Positions 11,369 to 24,000 of a DNA stretch of 64,000 bases are shown piece after piece. The notes beneath the pieces were generated by a model. The model did no database searches and was not told the DNA's origin. It saw nothing but the letters and a program-made list of their open reading frames with translations. The position numbers and the translations under genes are program-made. The stretch comes from Auanema rhodensis (Eukaryota; Animalia; Nematoda). Location: contig CAXKVF010000092.1 in the NCBI GenBank assembly GCA_964057225.1, positions 79,473 through 143,472 on the forward strand. The letters run 5' to 3'. Position 1 is the stretch's first letter; each line of letters opens with the position of its first letter.

Positions 11369-12004
11369 GAAAGTTACGTGAACTTTAATTTATGCTAATT
11401 AAATGTACACGTGATGTGCACTTGGTATGTAACTCGCTTCACGTGAAAGATAAAGAGATGCGGTTTTCAAAATTAGATTCCCCATGTCCATATTAGTCTA
11501 AAAACAAATTTTTATTGATATTGGTGCATGGTAACCATGACTTTGAAATTTACGTGAACTTTAATTTATGCTAATTAAATGTACACGTGATGTGCACTTG
11601 GTATGTAACTCGCTTCACTTGGTATGTAACTCGCTTCACGTGAAAGATGAAGAGATGCGGTTTTCAAAATTAGATTCCCCATGTCCATATTAGTCTAAAA
11701 ACAAATTTTTATTGATATTGGTGCATGGTAACCATGACTTTGAAATTTACGTGAACTTTAATTTATGCTAATTAAATGTACACGTGATGTGCACTTGGTA
11801 TGTAACTCGCTTCACGTGAAAGATAAAGAGATGCGGTTTTCAAAATTAGATTCCCCATGTCCATATTAGTCTAAAAACAAATTTTTATTGATATTGGTGC
11901 ATGGTAACCATGACTTTGAAATTTACGTGAACTTTAATTTATGCTAATTAAATGTACACGTGATGTGCACTTGGTATGTAACTCGCTTCACGTGAAAGAT
12001 AAAG

Positions 12005-12098
12005 AGATGCGGTTTTCAAAATTAGATTCCCCATGTCCATATTAGTCTAAAAACAAATTTTTATTGATATTGGTGCATGGTAACCATGACTTTGAAAG
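12005..12098 (+). repeat. Truncated 94-bp monomer (82-bp deletion)
   Basis: ...CCATGACTTTGAAAG|AGATGCGG: TTTGAAA joins directly to the monomer end, through AAA(G) microhomology. Confidence 0.95.
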
Positions 12099-15000
12099 AG
12101 ATGCGGTTTTCAAAATTAGATTCCCCATGTCCATATTAGTCTAAAAACAAATTTTTATTGGTATTGGTGCATGGTAACCATGACTTTGAAATTTACGTGA
12201 ACTTTAATTTATGCTAATTAAATGTACACGTGATGTGCACTTGGTATGTAACTCGCTTCACGTGAAAGATAAAGAGATGCGGTTTTCAAAATTAGATTCC
12301 CCATGTCCATATTAGTCTAAAAACAAATTTTTATTGGTATTGGTGCATGGTAACCATGACTTTGAAATTTACGTGAACTTTAATTTATGCTAATTAAATG
12401 TACACGTGATGTGCACTTGGTATGTAACTCGCTTCACGTGAAAGATAAAGAGATGCGGTTTTCAAAATTAGATTCCCCATGTCCATATTAGTCTAAAAAC
12501 AAATTTTTATTGATATTGGTGCATGGTAACCATGACTTTGAAATTTACGTGAACTTTAATTTATGCTAATTAAATGTACACGTGATGTGCACTTGGTATG
12601 TAACTCGCTTCACGTGAAAGATAAGGAGATGCGGTTTTCAAAATTAGATTCCCCATGTCCATATTAGTCTAAAAACAAATTTTTATTGATATTGGTGCAT
12701 GGTAACCATGACTTTGAAATTTACGTGAACTTTAATTTATGCTAATTAAATGTACACGTGATGTGCACTTGGTATGTAACTCGCTTCACGTGAAAGATAA
12801 AGAGATGCGGTATTCAAAATTAGATTCCCCATGTCCATATTAGTCTAAAAACAAATTTTTATTGATATTGGTTCATGGTAACCATGACTTTGAAATTTAC
12901 GTGAACTTTAATTTATGCTAATTAAATGTACACGTGATGTGCACTTGGTATGTAACTCGCTTCACGTGAAAGATAAAGAGATGCGGTTTTCAAAATTAGA
13001 TTCCCCATGTCCATATTAGTCTAAAAACAAATTTTTATTGATATTGGTTCATGGTAACCATGACTTTGAAATTTACGTGAACTTTAATTAATGCTAATTA
13101 AATGTACACGTGATGTGCACTTGGTATGTAACTCGCTTCACGTGAAAGATAAAGAGATGCGGTTTTCAAAATTAGATTCCCCATGTCCATATTAGTCTAA
13201 AAACAAATTTTTATTGATATTGGTGCATGGTAACCATGACTTTGAAATTTACGTGAACTTTAATTTATGCTAATTAAATGTACACGTGATGTGCACTTGG
13301 TATGTAACTCGCTTCACGTGAAAGATAAAGAGATGCGGTTTTCAAAATTAGATTCCCCATGTCCATATTAGTCTAAAAACAAATTTTTATTGATATTGGT
13401 GCATGGTAACCATGACTTTGAAAGTTACGTGAACTTTAATTTATGCTAATTAAATGTACACGTGATGTGCACTTGGTATGTAACTCGCTTCACGTGAAAG
13501 ATAAAGAGATGCGGTTTTCAATATTAGATTCCCCATGTCCATATTAGTCTAAAAACAAATTTTTATTGATATTGGTTCATGGTAACCATGACTTTGAAAT
13601 TTACGTGAACTTTAATTTATGCTAATTAAATGTACACGTGATGTGCACTTGGTATGTAACTCGCTTCACGTGAAAGATAAAGAGATGCGGTTTTCAAAAT
13701 TAGATTCCCCATGTCCATATTAGTCTAAAAACAAATTTTTATTGATATTGGTGCATGGTAACCATGACTTTGAAAGTTACGTGAACTTTAATTTATGCTA
13801 ATTAAATGTACACGTGATGTGCACTTGGTATGTAACTCGCTTCACGTGAAAGATAAAGAGATGCGGTTTTCAATATTAGATTCCCCATGTCCATATTAGT
13901 CTAAAAACAAATTTTTATTGATATTGGTTCATGGTAACCATGACTTTGAAATTTACGTGAACTTTAATTTATGCTAATTAAATGTACACGTGGTGTGCAC
14001 TTGGTATGTAACTCGCTTCACGTGAAAGATAAAGAGATGCGGTTTTCAAAATTAGATTCCCCATGTCCATATTAGTCTAAAAACAAATTTTTATTGATAT
14101 TGGTGCATGGTAACCATGACTTTGAAATTTACGTGAACTTTAATTTATGCTAATTAAATGTACACGTGATGTGCACTTAGTATGTAACTCGCTTCACGTG
14201 AAAGATAAAGAGATGCGGTTTTCAAAATTAGATTCCCCATGTCCATATTAGTCTAAAAACAAATTTTTATTGATATTGGTGCATGGTAACCATGACTTTG
14301 AAATTTACGTGAACTTTAATTTATGCTAATTAAATGTACACGTGATGTGCACTTGGTATGTAACTCGCTTCACGTGAAAGATAAAGAGATGCGGTATTCA
14401 AAATTAGATTCCCCATGTCCATATTAGTCTAAAAACAAATTTTTATTGATATTGGTTCATGGTAACCATGACTTTGAAATTTACGTGAACTTTAATTTAT
14501 GCTAATTAAATGTACACGTGATGTGCACTTGGTATGTAACTCGCTTCACGTGAAAGATAAAGAGATGCGGTTTTCAAAATTAGATTCCCCATGTCCATAT
14601 TAGTCTAAAAACAAATTTTTATTGATATTGGTTCATGGTAACCATGACTTTGAAATTTACGTGAACTTTAATTAATGCTAATTAAATGTACACGTGATGT
14701 GCACTTGGTATGTAACTCGCTTCACGTGAAAGATAAAGAGATGCGGTTTTCAAAATTAGATTCCCCATGTCCATATTAGTCTAAAAACAAATTTTTATTG
14801 ATATTGGTGCATGGTAACCATGACTTTGAAATTTACGTGAACTTTAATTTATGCTAATTAAATGTACACGTGATGTGCACTTGGTATGTAACTCGCTTCA
14901 CGTGAAAGATAAAGAGATGCGGTTTTCAAAATTAGATTCCCCATGTCCATATTAGTCTAAAAACAAATTTTTATTGATATTGGTTCATGGTAACCATGAC

Positions 15001-18000
15001 TTTGAAATTTACGTGAACTTTAATTTATGCTAATTAAATGTACACGTGATGTGCACTTGGTATGTAACTCGCTTCACGTGAAAGATAAAGAGATGCGGTT
15101 TTCAAAATTAGATTCCCCATGTCCATATTAGTCTAAAAACAAATTTTTATTGATATTGGTTCATGGTAACCATGACTTTGAAATTTACGTGAACTTTAAT
15201 TAATGCTAATTAAATGTACACGTGATGTGCACTTGGTATGTAACTCGCTTCACGTGAAAGATAAAGAGATGCGGTTTTCAAAATTAGATTCCCCATGTCC
15301 ATATTAGTCTAAAAACAAATTTTTATTGGTATTGGTGCATGGTAACCATGACTTTGAAATTTACGTGAACTTTAATTTATGCTAATTAAATGTACACGTG
15401 ATGTGCACTTGGTATGTAACTCGCTTCACGTGAAAGATAAAGAGATGCGGTTTTCAAAATTAGATTCCCCATGTCCATATTAGTCTAAAAACAAATTTTT
15501 ATTGATATTGGTTCATGGTAACCATGACTTTGAAATTTACGTGAACTTTAATTAATGCTAATTAAATGTACACGTGATGTGCACTTGGTATGTAACTCGC
15601 TTCACGTGAAAGATAAAGAGATGCGGTTTTCAAAATTAGATTCCCCATGTCCATATTAGTCTAAAAACAAATTTTTATTGGTATTGGTGCATGGTAACCA
15701 TGACTTTGAAATTTACGTGAACTTTAATTTATGCTAATTAAATGTACACGTGATGTGCACTTGGTATGTAACTCGCTTCACGTGAAAGATAAAGAGATGC
15801 GGTTTTCAAAATTAGATTCCCCATGTCCATATTAGTCTGAAAACAAATTTTTATTGATATTGGTGCATGGTAACCATGACTTTGAAATTTACGTGAACTT
15901 TAATTTATGCTAATTAAATGTACACGTGATGTGCACTTGGTATGTAACTCGCTTCACGTGAAAGATAAGGAGATGCGGTTTTCAAAATTAGATTCCCCAT
16001 GTCCATATTAGTCTAAAAACAAATTTTTATTGATATTGGTGCATGGTAACCATGACTTTGAAATTTACGTGAACTTTAATTTATGCTAATTAAATGTACA
16101 CGTGATGTGCACTTGGTATGTAACTCGCTTCACGTGAAAGATAAAGAGATGCGGTATTCAAAATTAGATTCCCCATGTCCATATTAGTCTAAAAACAAAT
16201 TTTTATTGATATTGGTTCATGGTAACCATGACTTTGAAATTTACGTGAACTTTAATTTATGCTAATTAAATGTACACGTGATGTGCACTTGGTATGTAAC
16301 TCGCTTCACGTGAAAGATAAAGAGATGCGGTTTTCAAAATTAGATTCCCCATGTCCATATTAGTCTAAAAACAAATTTTTATTGATATTGGTTCATGGTA
16401 ACCATGACTTTGAAATTTACGTGAACTTTAATTAATGCTAATTAAATGTACACGTGATGTGCACTTGGTATGTAACTCGCTTCACGTGAAAGATAAAGAG
16501 ATGCGGTTTTCAAAATTAGATTCCCCATGTCCATATTAGTCTAAAAACAAATTTTTATTGATATTGGTGCATGGTAACCATGACTTTGAAATTTACGTGA
16601 ACTTTAATTTATGCTAATTAAATGTACACGTGATGTGCACTTGGTATGTAACTCGCTTCACGTGAAAGATAAGGAGATGCGGTTTTCAAAATTAGATTCC
16701 CCATGTCCATATTAGTCTAAAAACAAATTTTTATTGATATTGGTGCATGGTAACCATGACTTTGAAATTTACGTGAACTTTAATTTATGCTAATTAAATG
16801 TACACGTGATGTGCACTTGGTATGTAACTCGCTTCACGTGAAAGATAAAGAGATGCGGTTTTCAAAATTAGATTCCCCATGTCCATATTAGTCTAAAAAC
16901 AAATTTTTATTGATATTGGTGCATGGTAACCATGACTTTGAAAGTTACGTGAACTTTAATTTATGCTAATTAAATGTACACGTGATGTGCACTTGGTATG
17001 TAACTCGCTTCACGTGAAAGATAAAGAGATGCGGTTTTCAATATTAGATTCCCCATGTCCATATTAGTCTAAAAACAAATTTTTATTGATATTGGTTCAT
17101 GGTAACCATGACTTTGAAATTTACGTGAACTTTAATTTATGCTAATTAAATGTACACGTGATGTGCACTTGGTATGTAACTCGCTTCACGTGAAAGATAA
17201 AGAGATGCGGTTTTCAAAATTAGATTCCCCATGTCCATATTAGTCTAAAAACAAATTTTTATTGATATTGGTGCATGGTAACCATGACTTTGAAATTTAC
17301 GTGAACTTTAATTTATGCTAATTAAATGTACACGTGATGTGCACTTAGTATGTAACTCGCTTCACGTGAAAGATAAAGAGATGCGGTTTTCAAAATTAGA
17401 TTCCCCATGTCCATATTAGTCTAAAAACAAATTTTTATTGATATTGGTGCATGGTAACCATGACTTTGAAATTTACGTGAACTTTAATTTATGCTAATTA
17501 AATGTACACGTGATGTGCACTTGGTATGTAACTCGCTTCACGTGAAAGATAAAGAGATGCGGTTTTCAAAATTAGATTCCCCATGTCCATATTAGTCTAA
17601 AAACAAATTTTTATTGATATTGGTTCATGGTAACCATGACTTTGAAATTTACGTGAACTTTAATTTATGCTAATTAAATGTACACGTGATGTGCACTTGG
17701 TATGTAACTCGCTTCACGTGAAAGATAAAGAGATGCGGTTTTCAAAATTAGATTCCCCATGTCCATATTAGTCTAAAAACAAATTTTTATTGATATTGGT
17801 TCATGGTAACCATGACTTTGAAATTTACGTGAACTTTAATTAATGCTAATTAAATGTACACGTGATGTGCACTTGGTATGTAACTCGCTTCACGTGAAAG
17901 ATAAAGAGATGCGGTTTTCAAAATTAGATTCCCCATGTCCAGATTAGTCTAAAAACAAATTTTTATTGGTATTGGTGCATGGTAACCATGACTTTGAAAT

Positions 18001-21000
18001 TTACGTGAACTTTAATTTATGCTAATTAAATGTACACGTGATGTGCACTTGGTATGTAACTCGCTTCACGTGAAAGATAAAGAGATGCGGTTTTCAAAAT
18101 TAGATTCCCCATGTCCATATTAGTCTAAAAACAAATTTTTATTGATATTGGTGCATGGTAACCATGACTTTGAAATTTACGTGAACTTTAATTTATGCTA
18201 ATTAAATGTACACGTGATGTGCACTTGGTATGTAACTCGCTTCACGTGAAAGATAAGGAGATGCGGTTTTCAAAATTAGATTCCCCATGTCCATATTAGT
18301 CTAAAAACAAATTTTTATTGATATTGGTGCATGGTAACCATGACTTTGAAATTTACGTGAACTTTAATTTATGCTAATTAAATGTACACGTGATGTGCAC
18401 TTGGTATGTAACTCGCTTCACGTGAAAGATAAAGAGATGCGGTATTCAAAATTAGATTCCCCATGTCCATATTAGTCTAAAAACAAATTTTTATTGATAT
18501 TGGTTCATGGTAACCATGACTTTGAAATTTACGTGAACTTTAATTTATGCTAATTAAATGTACACGTGATGTGCACTTGGTATGTAACTCGCTTCACGTG
18601 AAAGATAAAGAGATGCGGTTTTCAAAATTAGATTCCCCATGTCCATATTAGTCTAAAAACAAATTTTTATTGATATTGGTTCATGGTAACCATGACTTTG
18701 AAATTTACGTGAACTTTAATTAATGCTAATTAAATGTACACGTGATGTGCACTTGGTATGTAACTCGCTTCACGTGAAAGATAAAGAGATGCGGTTTCCA
18801 AAATTAGATTCCCCATGTCCATATTAGTCTAAAAACAAATTTTTATTGATATTGGTGCATGGTAACCATGACTTTGAAATTTACGTGAACTTTAATTTAT
18901 GCTAATTAAATGTACACGTGATGTGCACTTGGTATGTAACTCGCTTCACGTGAAAGATAAGGAGATGCGGTTTTCAAAATTAGATTCCCCATGTCCATAT
19001 TAGTCTAAAAACAAATTTTTATTGATATTGGTGCATGGTAACCATGACTTTGAAATTTACGTGAACTTTAATTTATGCTAATTAAATGTACACGTGATGT
19101 GCACTTGGTATGTAACTCGCTTCACGTGAAAGATAAAGAGATGCGGTTTTCAAAATTAGATTCCACATGTCCATATTAGTTTAAAAACAAATTTTTATTG
19201 ATATTGGTGCATGGTAACCATGACTTTGAAATTTACGTGAACTTTAATTTATGCTAATTAAATGTACACGTGATGTGCACTTGGTATGTAACTCGCTTCA
19301 CGTGAAAGATAAAGAGATGCGGTTTTCAAAATTAGATTCCCCATGTCCATATTAGTCTAAAAACAAATTTTTATTGATATTGGTTCATGGTAACCATGAC
19401 TTTGAAATTTACGTGAACTTTAATTTATGCTAATTAAATGTACACGTGATGTGCACTTGGTATGTAACTCGCTTCACGTGAAAGATAAAGAGATGCGGTT
19501 TTCAAAATTAGATTCCCCATGTCCATATTAGTCTAAAAACAAATTTTTATTGATATTGGTGCATGGTAACCATGACTTTGAAATTTACGTGAACTTTAAT
19601 TTATGCTAATTAAATGTACACGTGATGTGCACTTGGTATGTAACTCGCTTCACGTGAAAGATAAAGAGATGCGGTTTTCAAAATTAGATTCCCCATGTCC
19701 ATATTAGTCTAAAAACAAATTTTTATTGATATTGGTTCATGGTAACCATGACTTTGAAATTTACGTGAACTTTAATTTATGCTAATTAAATGTACACGTG
19801 ATGTGCACTTGGTATGTAACTCGCTTCACGTGAAAGATAAAGAGATGCGGTTTTCAAAATTAGATTCCCCATGTCCATATTAGTCTAAAAACAAATTTTT
19901 ATTGATATTGGTGCATGGTAACCATGACTTTGAAATTTACGTGAACTTTAATTTATGCTAATTAAATGTACACGTGATGTGCACTTGGTATGTAACTCGC
20001 TTCACGTGAAAGATAAAGAGATGCGGTTTTCAAAATTAGATTCCCCATGTCCATATTAGTCTAAAAACAAATTTTTATTGATATTGGTTCATGGTAACCA
20101 TGACTTTGAAATTTACGTGAACTTTAATTTATGCTAATTAAATGTACACGTGATGTGCACTTGGTATGTAACTCGCTTCACGTGAAAGATAAAGAGATGC
20201 GGTTTTCAAAATTAGATTCCCCATGTCCATATTAGTCTAAAAACAAATTTTTATTGATATTGGTGCATGGTAACCATGACTTTGAAATTTACGTGAACTT
20301 TAATTTATGCTAATTAAATGTACACGTGATGTGCACTTGGTATGTAAATCGCTTCACGTGAAAGATAAAGAGATGCGGTTTTCAAAATTAGATTCCCCAT
20401 GTCCATATTAGTTTAAAAACAAATTTTTATTGATATTGGTGCATGGTAACCATGACTTTGAAATTTACGTGAACTTTAATTTATGCTAATTAAATGTACA
20501 CGTGATGTGCACTTGGTATGTAACTCGCTTCACGTGAAAGATAAAGAGATGCGGTTTTCAAAATTAGATTCCCCATGTCCATATTAGTCTAAAAACAAAT
20601 TTTTATTGATATTGGTTCATGGTAACCATGACTTTGAAATTTACGTGAACTTTAATTTATGCTAATTAAATGTACACGTGATGTGCACTTGGTATGTAAC
20701 TCGCTTCACGTGAAAGATAAAGAGATGCGGTTTTCAAAATTAGATTCCCCATGTCCATATTAGTCTAAAAACAAATTTTTATTGATATTGGTTCATGGTA
20801 ACCATGACTTTGAAATTTACGTGAACTTTAATTTATGCTAATTAAATGTACACGTGATGTGCACTTGGTATGTAACTCGCTTCACGTGAAAGATAAAGAG
20901 ATGCGGTTTTCAAAATTAGATTCCCCATGTCCATATTAGTCTAAAAACAAATTTTTATTGATATTGGTTCATGGTAACCATGACTTTGAAATTTACGTGA

Positions 21001-24000
21001 ACTTTAATTTATGCTAATTAAATGTACACGTGATGTGCACTTGGTATGTAACTCGCTTCACGTGAAAGATAAAGAGATGCGGTTTTCAAAATTAGATTCC
21101 CCATGTCCAGATTAGTCTAAAAACAAATTTTTATTGGTATTGGTGCATGGTAACCATGACTTTGAAATTTACGTGAACTTTAATTTATGCTAATTAAATG
21201 TACACGTGATGTGCACTTGGTATGTAACTCGCTTCACGTGAAAGATAAAGAGATGCGGTTTTCAAAATTAGATTCCCCATGTCCATATTAGTCTAAAAAC
21301 AAATTTTTATTGATATTGGTGCATGGTAACCATGACTTTGAAATTTACGTGAACTTTAATTTATGCTAATTAAATGTACACGTGATGTGCACTTGGTATG
21401 TAACTCGCTTCACGTGAAAGATAAGGAGATGCGGTTTTCAAAATTAGATTCCCCATGTCCATATTAGTCTAAAAACAAATTTTTATTGATATTGGTGCAT
21501 GGTAACCATGACTTTGAAATTTACGTGAACTTTAATTTATGCTAATTAAATGTACACGTGATGTGCACTTGGTATGTAACTCGCTTCACGTGAAAGATAA
21601 AGAGATGCGGTATTCAAAATTAGATTCCCCATGTCCATATTAGTCTAAAAACAAATTTTTATTGATATTGGTTCATGGTAACCATGACTTTGAAATTTAC
21701 GTGAACTTTAATTTATGCTAATTAAATGTACACGTGATGTGCACTTGGTATGTAACTCGCTTCACGTGAAAGATAAAGAGATGCGGTTTTCAAAATTAGA
21801 TTCCACATGTCCATATTAGTTTAAAAACAAATTTTTATTGATATTGGTTCATGGTAACCATGACTTTGAAATTTACGTGAACTTTAATTTATGCTAATTA
21901 AATGTACACGTGATGTGCACTTGGTATGTAACTCGCTTCACGTGAAAGATAAAGAGATGCGGTTTTCAAAATTAGATTCCACATGTCCATATTAGTTTAA
22001 AAACAAATTTTTATTGATATTGGTTCATGGTAACCATGACTTTGAAATTTACGTGAACTTTAATTTATGCTAATTAAATGTACACGTGATGTGCACTTGG
22101 TATGTAACTCGCTTCACGTGAAAGATAAGGAGATGCGGTTTTCAAAATTAGATTCCCCATGTCCATATTAGTCTAAAAACAAATTTTTATTGATATTGGT
22201 GCATGGTAACCATGACTTTGAAATTTACGTGAACTTTAATTTATGCTAATTAAATGTACACGTGATGTGCACTTGGTATGTAACTCGCTTCACGTGAAAG
22301 ATAAAGAGATGCGGTTTTCAAAATTAGATTCCACATGTCCATATTAGTTTAAAAACAAATTTTTATTGATATTGGTGCATGGTAACCATGACTTTGAAAT
22401 TTACGTGAACTTTAATTTATGCTAATTAAATGTACACGTGATGTGCACTTGGTATGTAACTCGCTTCACGTGAAAGATAAAGAGATGCGGTTTTCAAAAT
22501 TAGATTCCCCATGTCCATATTAGTCTAAAAACAAATTTTTATTGATATTGGTTCATGGTAACCATGACTTTGAAATTTACGTGAACTTTAATTTATGCTA
22601 ATTAAATGTACACGTGATGTGCACTTGGTATGTAACTCGCTTCACGTGAAAGATAAAGAGATGCGGTTTTCAAAATTAGATTCCCCATGTCCATATTAGT
22701 CTAAAAACAAATTTTTATTGATATTGGTGCATGGTAACCATGACTTTGAAATTTACGTGAACTTTAATTTATGCTAATTAAATGTACACGTGATGTGCAC
22801 TTGGTATGTAACTCGCTTCACGTGAAAGATAAAGAGATGCGGTTTTCAAAATTAGATTCCCCATGTCCATATTAGTCTAAAAACAAATTTTTATTGATAT
22901 TGGTTCATGGTAACCATGACTTTGAAATTTACGTGAACTTTAATTTATGCTAATTAAATGTACACGTGATGTGCACTTGGTATGTAACTCGCTTCACGTG
23001 AAAGATAAAGAGATGCGGTTTTCAAAATTAGATTCCCCATGTCCATATTAGTCTAAAAACAAATTTTTATTGATATTGGTGCATGGTAACCATGACTTTG
23101 AAATTTACGTGAACTTTAATTTATGCTAATTAAATGTACACGTGATGTGCACTTGGTATGTAACTCGCTTCACGTGAAAGATAAAGAGATGCGGTTTTCA
23201 AAATTAGATTCCCCATGTCCATATTAGTCTAAAAACAAATTTTTATTGATATTGGTTCATGGTAACCATGACTTTGAAATTTACGTGAACTTTAATTTAT
23301 GCTAATTAAATGTACACGTGATGTGCACTTGGTATGTAACTCGCTTCACGTGAAAGATAAAGAGATGCGGTTTTCAAAATTAGATTCCCCATGTCCATAT
23401 TAGTCTAAAAACAAATTTTTATTGATATTGGTGCATGGTAACCATGACTTTGAAATTTACGTGAACTTTAATTTATGCTAATTAAATGTACACGTGATGT
23501 GCACTTGGTATGTAAATCGCTTCACGTGAAAGATAAAGAGATGCGGTTTTCAAAATTAGATTCCCCATGTCCATATTAGTTTAAAAACAAATTTTTATTG
23601 ATATTGGTGCATGGTAACCATGACTTTGAAATTTACGTGAACTTTAATTTATGCTAATTAAATGTACACGTGATGTGCACTTGGTATGTAACTCGCTTCA
23701 CGTGAAAGATAAAGAGATGCGGTTTTCAAAATTAGATTCCCCATGTCCATATTAGTCTAAAAACAAATTTTTATTGATATTGGTTCATGGTAACCATGAC
23801 TTTGAAATTTACGTGAACTTTAATTTATGCTAATTAAATGTACACGTGATGTGCACTTGGTATGTAACTCGCTTCACGTGAAAGATAAAGAGATGCGGTT
23901 TTCAAAATTAGATTCCCCATGTCCATATTAGTCTAAAAACAAATTTTTATTGATATTGGTGCATGGTAACCATGACTTTGAAATTTACGTGAACTTTAAT

